DNA from: an uncultured Aquifex sp.
GTDB taxonomy: Bacteria > Aquificota > Aquificia > Aquificales > Aquificaceae
Assembly: GCA_964425585.1 (NCBI GenBank)
Contig: CAYRMG010000002.1
Span: 15,274 to 79,273, forward strand
Reading direction: 5' to 3'
DNA: 64,000 nucleotides
Each line of letters begins with the position of its first letter. Within the stretch, counting starts at the first letter, position 1. The translations under genes were made by a program, and so were the position numbers. This document shows, one piece after another, positions 50,644 through 59,060 of this stretch. The notes under the pieces were generated by a model. It was given only the letters and a program-made list of their open reading frames with translations. It was not told the DNA's origin and did not search any database.

Positions 50644-51480
50644 ATGCTTAAGAAACCGGACTCCAAACGCAGGAAGCTCCTTGTGGGCTTCCTGCAAGGT
50701 TTTGGTTTTTCCCTGATAGGCGGTGTGGTCTGGTCCGCGATAGTTTACGAGAATAAAAACGACCCGTTGGTTCTCAGACCTCCTGGAGCTCATGAAGAAG
50801 AAGAATTTCTGAAAAGATGTATAAAGTGCGGTCTTTGTGTTGTTGCCTGCGGAAACAGGGAGAATATACCGAGAGACAGGAATGGAAACAAACTCGTAAC
50901 TCTCAGGCTTGCAGCACCCGGAGATGGAAAACCGCTCGGAACGCCTTACTTCATCCCGCGGGAAGTTCCCTGCTATATGTGTGAAGATGTTCCCTGCACC
51001 TATGCCTGTCCTACAAAAGCCCTTGATACAGAACTGCTGAAAAATGAGAAGGGAGAGGTGGACATAAACAGGGCAAGAATGGGTGTGGCTGTAATAGATT
51101 ACAACAGCTGCATAGCTTACTGGGGACTTCAATGCGATGCCTGTATCAGAGCCTGTCCCCTCATGCACAAAGCCATATATGCAGACTTGAAAAGAAACAA
51201 AAGAACGGGAAAACATGCGATGCTCGTCCCTGTTGTAGACCCAAATTACTGCACAGGTTGCGGCTTGTGTGAACACGCATGCCCGACGGATAAAGCTGCT
51301 ATATACGTCCTCCCGAGGGATATAGCCCTCGGAAGAATAGGAAAGCATTACGTAAGGGGATGGATGGAAACTGAAGAAAATGTTGAGGAAAAGATAAAGG
51401 AAAGGGAAAAAGAGCTCAAAACTTGGAAGCCTAAGAGTCCGGAAGAATACCTGAACACGGAGGACCTCTTAAATGAGTAG
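50644..51480 (+). CDS. napG: NapG ferredoxin-type protein
   Basis: KRRKLL Tat-like signal; LRPPGA; four Cys clusters (CIKCGLC, CYMCEDVPC, CDACIRACP, CTGCGLCEHACP). Confidence 0.93.
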   Translation: MLKKPDSKRRKLLVGFLQGFGFSLIGGVVWSAIVYENKNDPLVLRPPGAHEEEEFLKRCIKCGLCVVACGNRENIPRDRNGNKLVTLRLAAPGDGKPLGTPYFIPREVPCYMCEDVPCTYACPTKALDTELLKNEKGEVDINRARMGVAVIDYNSCIAYWGLQCDACIRACPLMHKAIYADLKRNKRTGKHAMLVPVVDPNYCTGCGLCEHACPTDKAAIYVLPRDIALGRIGKHYVRGWMETEENVEEKIKEREKELKTWKPKSPEEYLNTEDLLNE

Positions 51481-52294
51481 TAATAAATACCTAATTCTCA
51501 GGCGGATATCCCAGATTACCATACTCGGGCTTTATCTTGGAGGGAACTACTTCGGATGGAAGGTTCTACAGGGAAATTTAAGTGCTTCAAAACTCTTCGG
51601 AGTAATTCCCCTCTCGGACCCTTACGCAGTTATCCAAATGTTTTTGGCGGGAGCTCTTTTGGGAACGGATGTGATAATCGGTGCGGTAATAATAGCGGTA
51701 TTTTACGGGTTGATAGCCGGAAGGGCTTTTTGCAGCTGGGTCTGTCCCGTTAATATATTTACCGACATAGCCAACTGGATAAGGGTAAAAAGCGGACTCC
51801 ACAGGGAAGAAAAGAGAATTTCCTTCCCCAGAAGCGTAAGATACTGGTTTCTCGCTCTCGGTCTTTTACTTTCACCCATCCTCGGTGTTCCTGCCTTTGA
51901 GTTTGTAAGTCCGGTTTCCATAACCCACAGGGGAATAATTTTCGGAATGGGACTCGGGTGGAGTGTTATACTCGCGATATTTCTTTTTGACCTTTTTGTT
52001 GTTAAAAACGGATGGTGCGGACATATCTGTCCCCTCGGGGCTTTTTACTCCCTTATTTCCAGACCCGTTTCTCTCGTAAGAGTAGGGTATGACCTGAAGA
52101 AATGCACCGAGTGTATGGAGTGTAAAAGGGTATGTCCCGAGGTTCAGGTTCTCCGGATGATAGGAAAAGAAAACAAACCCGTTCTTTCCGGGGAATGCAC
52201 GAACTGCGGAAGGTGTATAGACGTATGCCCCGAGGGTGCACTTTTCTATACCTTCAGGTTTAAAAAATCGGGAGGTGATAAAGATGCGCATTAA
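51473..52294 (+). CDS. napH: NapH quinol dehydrogenase membrane subunit
   Basis: GRAFCSWVCP, GWCGHICPLG, two C-terminal CxxCxxCxxxCP motifs. Confidence 0.93.
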   Translation: MSSNKYLILRRISQITILGLYLGGNYFGWKVLQGNLSASKLFGVIPLSDPYAVIQMFLAGALLGTDVIIGAVIIAVFYGLIAGRAFCSWVCPVNIFTDIANWIRVKSGLHREEKRISFPRSVRYWFLALGLLLSPILGVPAFEFVSPVSITHRGIIFGMGLGWSVILAIFLFDLFVVKNGWCGHICPLGAFYSLISRPVSLVRVGYDLKKCTECMECKRVCPEVQVLRMIGKENKPVLSGECTNCGRCIDVCPEGALFYTFRFKKSGGDKDAH

Positions 52295-52817
52295 AAGGTT
52301 TGCTTACCTGATTTTTGCTTCCTCTTTGGTTCTATTTGCAAAGGAAGCAATTTCTCCCGAAGAGCTCGGAATAAGGAAAGCTCCCCTTGAAAAGGAAACC
52401 ATAAACATTCCTGAGGCGGAGTATCCCAAAACTCCCCCCGGAGCTTCAAAGAAATTCCAGAGGGCTTACGAGAACGCACCCCCTCAGATACCCCACAGCA
52501 TAGAGGGAATGTTTCCCATAACGTTAAAAAATAATGCCTGCCTCAATTGTCATATGCCCGATGTAGCAAAACAGATAGGAGCAACACCTATCCCCCCTAC
52601 GCACTTTATAGACTTTTATCACCTTCCCAAGGGGAAAATTCTAAAGTTAAGCGATATTGACAAAGCAAGGTGGAACTGCCTTCTGTGCCACAGACCTCAG
52701 GCAAACGTAAAGCCCGTGGTGAAAAACCTGTTTAAACCCGAATACAGAATTCCCGAAGCTAAGGAAAGATCCATACTTTACAAGGAAATCTTTGAAGGAA
52801 CAGGAAAGCACAAATGA
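52284..52817 (+). CDS. napB: NapB diheme cytochrome c
   Basis: RAYENAPPQIPH; CLNCH; PPTHF; CLLCH. Start moved to ATG 52284, behind GGAGGTG. Confidence 0.92.
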   Translation: MRIKRFAYLIFASSLVLFAKEAISPEELGIRKAPLEKETINIPEAEYPKTPPGASKKFQRAYENAPPQIPHSIEGMFPITLKNNACLNCHMPDVAKQIGATPIPPTHFIDFYHLPKGKILKLSDIDKARWNCLLCHRPQANVKPVVKNLFKPEYRIPEAKERSILYKEIFEGTGKHK

Positions 52818-53821
52818 TTCTTTTCTTCCTCATTCCCCTTATAGCTTTCTCGCTGAGTGTTAAACTTGATGGAGCAATAACGGATATCTCCGTTTACGGA
52901 AGGAAAATAGCTGTAGGAACGGAAGCCGGAAAGTTATACATACTTTCCGACAAACTTGACATTATTTCTGAAGTTAGCTTTCCGAGTTTTAAAGACTTCA
53001 TGGGGGAAATACAAAAACCTAAGGTCTTCAGCGTTGACATTTACAGGGGGAAAATTCTCGTCGTGTGTGAAGACAATCTCGGAAAGAGCAGCGTTTACCT
53101 TTACGAAAACGGCAGATTAAAACCCATTTTGAAGCTTACCGAGGCCAGGAAGGCAATGTTTTACAACGATAACGAGATTATTATCGGAACTATATCAAAC
53201 GAAGTGTGGAAATACAACCTGAAGGAAAAAAAGACTGTTTACAGATATCTCGTTTTCAGGTTTGCTTTTTCCGACTTTGATATGAATAAAAAGAAAAATC
53301 TTATAGCCTGGGGAGATGAATCGGGAAAGGTTTTCTTCATAGACCCGAAAACCGGAAGGTTAATCGGTGTTGCCACACAAGGCAATAAAGACAAAATCTT
53401 TAAAGTAAGCTTCTCTAGAAACAGGGTTTTATCCGGAGGAAGGGATAAAAAAGCTGTTCTTTACAACTTACAAAAAAAGTTAAAAGATAAAAACATTTGG
53501 AAGAAGAAACTTGACGCCCCTTCTCTCCTGAAGGATATTAGAACCCAGTTTATTAATAGGAAACTTGCGTTTATTCTCCTTCCCGAAAAGGTTTTTAAAA
53601 CGAATTTTATGGTTTTCGCTGTGGCCTTATCCCCCGAAGAACATTTTGCAGCCTACACATCCGACGATAAGGGAACCATAAAGATTGTAAGACTCACCGA
53701 TTACCGAGAAATTTCCCTAAACGTCGGTTGTTTTGTTAACACACTTGAGTTTATAAACGAACATAAATTGGCGGTTGGTTGCATAAACGGAAATTTAAAA
53801 ATCGTGGAGGTGAAGCGATGA
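52814..53821 (+). CDS. napL: NapL-like WD40 periplasmic accessory protein
   Basis: Signal peptide, WD-like repeats (AWGDESGKV, GGRDKKAVLY); lies between napB and napD. Confidence 0.72.
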   Translation: MILFFLIPLIAFSLSVKLDGAITDISVYGRKIAVGTEAGKLYILSDKLDIISEVSFPSFKDFMGEIQKPKVFSVDIYRGKILVVCEDNLGKSSVYLYENGRLKPILKLTEARKAMFYNDNEIIIGTISNEVWKYNLKEKKTVYRYLVFRFAFSDFDMNKKKNLIAWGDESGKVFFIDPKTGRLIGVATQGNKDKIFKVSFSRNRVLSGGRDKKAVLYNLQKKLKDKNIWKKKLDAPSLLKDIRTQFINRKLAFILLPEKVFKTNFMVFAVALSPEEHFAAYTSDDKGTIKIVRLTDYREISLNVGCFVNTLEFINEHKLAVGCINGNLKIVEVKR

Positions 53822-54165
53822 ATATATCCAGCGTTGTGGTAAGGTGCAAACCGGAAGATTTAAAGGAAGTTCTTCAATCCCTTGAAGATTCGGGAATGTG
53901 TGATATTTATTTCTACGATGAGAGCGGGAAGATAGTCGTGGTAATAGAAGCCGAAGACGTAAAGGAAGAAGTCTTTAAGATGAAAGCCATTCAAAGACTG
54001 CCCAAGGTTCTTTCCGCAGAACTCATATTTTCTTACAGCGATGAGTGGTCTATGGCTAAGGAATACCTTGACAGGAATAAGAATAGGGTTCCAGAAATAC
54101 TGAACGATGAAAAGGTAAAGGCTGAAGACATTGAGTATCAGGGGAGGGTGCCCAAGTGGGTTTAA
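53818..54165 (+). CDS. napD: NapD Tat proofreading chaperone
   Basis: MNISSVVV...GKIVVVIE...VLSAELIF. Start moved to ATG 53818, behind GGAGGTG. Confidence 0.9.
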   Translation: MNISSVVVRCKPEDLKEVLQSLEDSGMCDIYFYDESGKIVVVIEAEDVKEEVFKMKAIQRLPKVLSAELIFSYSDEWSMAKEYLDRNKNRVPEILNDEKVKAEDIEYQGRVPKWV

Positions 54166-54189
54166 ACTCCATTTTTATCAACTTTTATG

Positions 54190-54235
54190 AGTTCTTTATT
54201 AAGAACTTGACTTTTCGTAAATAAACGCTTACTTT
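54190..54235 (+). promoter_or_regulatory. Putative nor promoter with an abutting inverted repeat
   Basis: AGTTCTT-tatt-AAGAACT (54190-54207); TTGACT (54207)-17 nt-TACTTT (54230). Confidence 0.5.
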
Positions 54236-54256
54236 CAGAGTTAGGAGGGGTAAAAG

Positions 54257-54937
54257 ATGGAGTTCGGCTGGCTTGAAGTTACGGTTGCAACCCTGTTTTT
54301 AACCATTGTTCTTGGTGCCATATGGACCCGAGGAAGAAACTGGCTGGACCCCGAGTTCTGGAAACGCTATGCAATAATAGGCTCCTCAATAATGTTCATA
54401 ACCCTTATAATCCTCACCTTTGACACCCTTTCAAAGGTAAAGATGGGAGGAGATAGGATTCCCTCTCCGACGGCAATTAACTACAAGATAGACTACAAGT
54501 TTGACCCCGAAAAGGGATACTACGTGCCCGTAATAGGACCCGAAAAAGAACTCCTCTTCGGAAAGGAGTTTACGGAGGATGAAGCAAGGGAGCTAATAGT
54601 TAAAGGGAAGCTCGTCATTCAAAGTAGGGCCTGTATGGACTGCCACACATTGCTCGGAAACGGAGCTTATTACGCTCCCGACCTTACAAAGGCATGGCTG
54701 GACCCAAAGTGGGAAAAGATAATGATTCCCGCAACCGAGTCAAAGACAAAAGAAGAAGCCATGGTTAAGTTCCTTATGCACCCCGACAAATACGCAACCT
54801 GGACCAGAAGAATGCCGAACCTCGGACTTGACGAGGAGGAGGCAAAAGCCGTGGTTGCATACCTCAAGTGGATGGCCGCAATAAACACAAACGGCTTTCC
54901 GGACCACTTCGGTGAGTCAAAACTTGTGAAGTTCTGA
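54257..54937 (+). CDS. norC: Nitric oxide reductase cytochrome c subunit (long, two N-terminal TMs)
   Basis: CMDCHTLLGNGAYYAPDLT; RRMP axial Met; directly upstream of norB. Confidence 0.92.
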   Translation: MEFGWLEVTVATLFLTIVLGAIWTRGRNWLDPEFWKRYAIIGSSIMFITLIILTFDTLSKVKMGGDRIPSPTAINYKIDYKFDPEKGYYVPVIGPEKELLFGKEFTEDEARELIVKGKLVIQSRACMDCHTLLGNGAYYAPDLTKAWLDPKWEKIMIPATESKTKEEAMVKFLMHPDKYATWTRRMPNLGLDEEEAKAVVAYLKWMAAINTNGFPDHFGESKLVKF

Positions 54938-54955
54938 TAAAGGGAGGTGCAAGCT

Positions 54956-56392
54956 ATGGAGAAGCTTTTAACAAGGCTCTGGGGAGATATCTCGGGTCTC
55001 CCCGAAGGTAAAAAAATAGCCCTTATGTATTGGACCGTTGCCATAGTTCTATTCGGAGCCCAGCTTCTTTTCGGACTTATCGCAGCCTACCAGTATATTA
55101 ATCCGGATTTTCTTTATACGGTTATGCCATTTAACATAACGAGAATGCTCCATATAAACGCCATGGTTGTATGGCTCATAATGGGTTTCATAGGGGGCAT
55201 TTACTGGCTTCTTCCCGATGAGACGGGAAGGGACGTAGTAGGTGCAAAGCTGGGGAAATTAGGTTTCTATCTACTTACGGGAGCCGTAGGTATTGTAGTT
55301 CTTGTTTACATACTTATTCAAACGGGAAAAGGAAACTTCTTTACATTATGGTTCATAAATGAGGGAAGGGAGTATATAGAGGCTCCGCGGTGGGCGGACA
55401 TCGGCATAGTTGCGGTAATGGGCATAATATACTACAACGTCCTTGCAACGGTTCTAAAGGCAAGGAAAATAACGGGACTCCTCGGCGTTTTGCTTATAGA
55501 CCTCGTAGCCTTAGCGGGCTTATACATAGCGGGTATGTTTTTTACCCCTAACATAACCGTAGACCAGTTTTTCTGGTGGTGGGTAGTTCACCTATGGGTT
55601 GAAGCTACCTGGGAAGTTCTCGTAGGCGTTCTTATGGGATGGGCTTTGATGCACGTTCTCGGAACACCGCGGAAAATCATAGAAGGATGGCTATACCTTG
55701 AGGTTCTTCTCGTTTTCGGAACGGGTATCCTCGGACTGGGACACCACTACTACTGGATCGGAACTCCCGAATACTGGCTCGGTATAGGGGGTTTCTTCTC
55801 TTCCTTGGAACCTATACCTCTGGTTGCCATGATTGTCCATGCGGTTTACGATGCGGGTGTTCACAAGCTCCAAAGTGTAAACAGACCCGCACTTTTCTTT
55901 ATATTCCTTCAAGCGTTCGGAAACTTCTTCGGAGCAGGTGTATGGGGATTTATGCACACCCTTCCCCAGATTAATCTCTACTCCCACGGAACTCAGATGG
56001 CTGCATCGCACGGACACCTTGCATTTTTCGGAGCTTACGTCGCCACAAATCTCGTTCTGATGTATATAGCCCTTCAGTATATCAGGGCACCTCAAGGGCC
56101 AATACTTGACGGTAAACTCTGGCGTATAGCATACGTAGGAATGATTATCACGATGGTAGGCATGGTAGGAGCTTTACTCGTTGCGGGATTTGCTCAAACC
56201 TTCTTTGAAAGAGCGGTTGGAGGTGCTACCTGGCAAGATTATATAGTTGCCCAAATGCACCCTTGGGTAAGAATCCCGATGTACTGGAGACTCGGATTCG
56301 GAATACTCTTCTTCCTCTTCTACTTCGTCCTGGTTTACGATATGCTCACGATAGGAAGGAAAGCGGAAGCTACGGAGGTAAAGCCGGCATGA
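54956..56392 (+). CDS. norB: cNOR large subunit
   Basis: RMLHIN, GREYIE, VHLWVEATWE, GHHYY, HGHLAFFG. Start set at ATG 54956, behind GGAGG. Confidence 0.94.
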   Translation: MEKLLTRLWGDISGLPEGKKIALMYWTVAIVLFGAQLLFGLIAAYQYINPDFLYTVMPFNITRMLHINAMVVWLIMGFIGGIYWLLPDETGRDVVGAKLGKLGFYLLTGAVGIVVLVYILIQTGKGNFFTLWFINEGREYIEAPRWADIGIVAVMGIIYYNVLATVLKARKITGLLGVLLIDLVALAGLYIAGMFFTPNITVDQFFWWWVVHLWVEATWEVLVGVLMGWALMHVLGTPRKIIEGWLYLEVLLVFGTGILGLGHHYYWIGTPEYWLGIGGFFSSLEPIPLVAMIVHAVYDAGVHKLQSVNRPALFFIFLQAFGNFFGAGVWGFMHTLPQINLYSHGTQMAASHGHLAFFGAYVATNLVLMYIALQYIRAPQGPILDGKLWRIAYVGMIITMVGMVGALLVAGFAQTFFERAVGGATWQDYIVAQMHPWVRIPMYWRLGFGILFFLFYFVLVYDMLTIGRKAEATEVKPA

Positions 56393-56709
56393 TGAAAAAT
56401 CCCTTTGAGGTGCTTTTTGTTCTGGGTGCCGGCTTCTTTTACATACTCTTTGCGGGTGCTTATGCATTTTCTTACACCGTTTTTAAAATGAGCGGAAAAA
56501 ACATTTACAAACAGTTAATGTTTGCATTCCTTGTGGGTATGCTCTATACATCATACATCCTCACGACAAACGGTATATTTGACCCCTTCTGGAAGTGGTT
56601 AATAGGATTTGCAACCGCTGTTTACATATTCATACCCTTCGGAATGTGGAAGGTTGTCCTGAAGATAGAAGAACACGAAAAAGAATTAAAGAGAAAAGGA
56701 GAATCCTAA
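56389..56709 (+). CDS. norH: Small 3-TM protein, probable NorH third subunit of cNOR
   Basis: ATGA overlap with the norB stop, RBS GGAGGT at 56374; 106 aa with three hydrophobic segments. The ORF-track start at 56263 lies inside norB. Confidence 0.72.
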   Translation: MMKNPFEVLFVLGAGFFYILFAGAYAFSYTVFKMSGKNIYKQLMFAFLVGMLYTSYILTTNGIFDPFWKWLIGFATAVYIFIPFGMWKVVLKIEEHEKELKRKGES

Positions 56710-57761
56710 TCCCCCAGAACCCTTCTTTTGTATATCTTTGTTGAAACGAGAAGTGTTGTAAGGATTATAGGTCCGAGGAATATACCTATAAACCCGAACT
56801 TTACAAGACCCCCTATAGTTGCAAAAAATAAGGCAACATAAGGTAGTTTTATGCCCTGTTTCATAACAAGAGGTCTCACTATGTTATCCATAGTTGAGAT
56901 AAAAAACGTTCCGAAGACTAGGAGTATAATACCCTCCTTTATTCCCTTTGTCGTAAAAAGGTATATATCAAGGGGAACCCAAATAAAGGCGGCACCGAAG
57001 GGAGGTATAAATGCGGCAAAAAAGGTAAGAAGGCTCCATATAAGGGCGAAGTTCACGCCCGCAAGGGAGTATCCTATGAAGCTCATTATAGCCTGGGCTA
57101 TTGCTGTTCCCACTGTTCCGTAAATAACCGCCAGAACCGTTTTATATATGGTCTTTAAAATAACCTCAAGGTCTTCTTCCTTCATCGGAATCAACTTTAT
57201 AACCTCGTGGAGAATTTTGTTTCCATCCTTCAGAATAAAGAAAAGGGTAAGTAAGAACACAAAGGCGTTAAATACACTTGTTCCCGCGGTGTAGACGTAA
57301 TTCCTCAGCTTATCCCCTATGAAAGTTATAACCGCGTTTACGGTGTTCAAAATCGCACGTCTGAACTCTTCGCTTTGTATGTAATTAATTAAGGGTTCAA
57401 GGGTTTCTTTGTTGTTTTTAACATAAGGATGCTCCTTTATTATGTTTAAATAATCATTAATGCTGTGGCTCTGAATAAAGTTTATTACCTTTATTGAGAA
57501 AAGAAATATCTGCTGTGTTGTTATAAAAGCTATTATAGTTAAGGGAATTAATACCACGAAAAACACAAGAACCGTGAGAAGAAGAGAAGAAAGTGTATCT
57601 TTCTTTAGTTTTTTCCTTAGTATATCGTGAAGGGGGTATATAACTATTCCGAAAACTATAGCCCAAAGTATTGGCTTTACAAAAGATGAAATCGTGTAAA
57701 AAAACAGAATTAATAAAGAAAGAAAGAGAAGGAGATATACAAAGAAGTGTATACCGGCCAC
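56706..57761 (-). CDS. AI-2E (PerM/UPF0118) family transporter
   Basis: FFILKDG, FIPPFGAAFIWVP, MDNIVRPLV, GFIGIFLGP. Confidence 0.88.
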   Translation of the reverse strand: MAGIHFFVYLLLFLSLLILFFYTISSFVKPILWAIVFGIVIYPLHDILRKKLKKDTLSSLLLTVLVFFVVLIPLTIIAFITTQQIFLFSIKVINFIQSHSINDYLNIIKEHPYVKNNKETLEPLINYIQSEEFRRAILNTVNAVITFIGDKLRNYVYTAGTSVFNAFVFLLTLFFILKDGNKILHEVIKLIPMKEEDLEVILKTIYKTVLAVIYGTVGTAIAQAIMSFIGYSLAGVNFALIWSLLTFFAAFIPPFGAAFIWVPLDIYLFTTKGIKEGIILLVFGTFFISTMDNIVRPLVMKQGIKLPYVALFFATIGGLVKFGFIGIFLGPIILTTLLVSTKIYKRRVLGD

Positions 57762-57771
57762 CTAATTTATT

Positions 57772-58992
57772 TTATCCTCTTGATTTTACGTATTTTTCCC
57801 AGTTTTCGGGATTGAAGGGAGATACTTCTCTCAACCAGTTGATTACCTTGGGAAACTCCTCAAGTATGTAATCTACGTCCTCTTCGGTGTTTTCCCTTCC
57901 GAAGGAGAATACAACCGAACCGTTTGAGACCTCCTTCGGGACACCTATGGCGCTCAAAACATGGGACTGTTTAAGTGCGAGGGATACACATGCGGAACCC
58001 GAAGCTGTTTCTATACCCATAAGGTCAAGTCTGAGAAGCATTGCCTCACCTTCAACAAAATGGACGATTACCGAAAGGTGGTGGGGCAATCTCTGAGTCG
58101 GGTGTCCCGTAAACTCTATGTAATCAACCTTTTCTTCAAGCCCCTTTCTCAACTTATCCCGATAATGGGAAAGTCTTTTCATTCTATCGTCAAGTTCCTT
58201 CATAGCAAGCTCCGCCGCAGCTCCGAAACCGACTATGCCGGGGACGTTTTCCGTTCCCGCTCTTACACCCCTTTCTTGCGTTCCGCCTTCTATAAGGGGC
58301 TTTACCTTTACACCTTTTCTGGTCCACAGGGCTCCGACACCTTTCGGTCCATACATCAGGTGAGCGGTAAAGGATGCAGCATCAACTCCCCAGTCTTTTA
58401 CATCAACGGGATAGTGTCCCAGGCTGGGTGCAGCATCGGTGTGGAAAATAACCTTGGGGTTTTTCTCCTTCGCCGCCTTTACAAGCTCCTTTATGTTTTG
58501 TATCGTTCCTATTTCCCTGTTGGAGTGTCCTATAGATACGAGAACCGTATCCTCCCTTACCGCTTCCCTTACCTGTTCGGGGTCTATGAGTCCGTATTTA
58601 TCGGGTTTTAGGTATGTGACTTCCCATCCTTCCCTTTCCAGCGTCTTGCATGGGTGGAGTATGGAGTGGTGTTCTATTTCGGTCGTGACTATGTGCCTTC
58701 CCCTTCTTTGGTAAGCCTTTGCTATTCCCTTTATAGCAAGGTTATTAGCCTCTATACCTCCCGAGGTGAATATTATCTCCTCGGGTATGTTTGCATTTAT
58801 AAGTTGAGCAATCTGTTCCCTTGCCTTTTCAACAGCTTTTTTAGCTTCCTGACCGAAGCTGTGGAGAGACGTGGGATTGCCGAAAACTTCCCTAAAGTAG
58901 GGGAGCATAGCTTCAAGAACCTCTTCAGCAACAGGTGTGGTAGCTATGTGGTCCGCGTAAACAACCCTTTTTCCTACCTTTGTTTTAAACAT
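57772..58992 (-). CDS. iscS: IscS/NifS-like class V PLP protein lacking the Schiff-base lysine
   Basis: YADHIATTP, GNPTS, FTSGG.EANN, TEIEHHS, HTDAA, TAHLMYGPKG (L in place of K), SGSAC catalytic Cys. Confidence 0.85.
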   Translation of the reverse strand: MFKTKVGKRVVYADHIATTPVAEEVLEAMLPYFREVFGNPTSLHSFGQEAKKAVEKAREQIAQLINANIPEEIIFTSGGIEANNLAIKGIAKAYQRRGRHIVTTEIEHHSILHPCKTLEREGWEVTYLKPDKYGLIDPEQVREAVREDTVLVSIGHSNREIGTIQNIKELVKAAKEKNPKVIFHTDAAPSLGHYPVDVKDWGVDAASFTAHLMYGPKGVGALWTRKGVKVKPLIEGGTQERGVRAGTENVPGIVGFGAAAELAMKELDDRMKRLSHYRDKLRKGLEEKVDYIEFTGHPTQRLPHHLSVIVHFVEGEAMLLRLDLMGIETASGSACVSLALKQSHVLSAIGVPKEVSNGSVVFSFGRENTEEDVDYILEEFPKVINWLREVSPFNPENWEKYVKSRG

Positions 58993-59018
58993 CCTTTTAC
59001 CTCCTTATTATTCTCTTA

Positions 59019-59059
59019 AAGATATACCTACCTTCCGTATAAACCTTGATAAAGATTAA
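59019..59059 (-). promoter_or_regulatory. FNR/DNR-like box with a putative -10, upstream of iscS
   Basis: TTGAT-AAAG-ATTAA at 59046-59059 (9/10 match to TTGAT-N4-ATCAA); minus-strand TATCTT at 59024-59019 places the box centre near -41. Confidence 0.42.
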
Positions 59060-59060
59060 C

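Noticed and set aside
48947-51348. Long antisense ORFs (223 aa and 241 aa) within napA and napG
   Set aside because: Fully opposite strongly supported genes, with atypical composition.
57961-58611. 216-aa plus-strand ORF opposite iscS
   Set aside because: Shadow ORF with no motifs.
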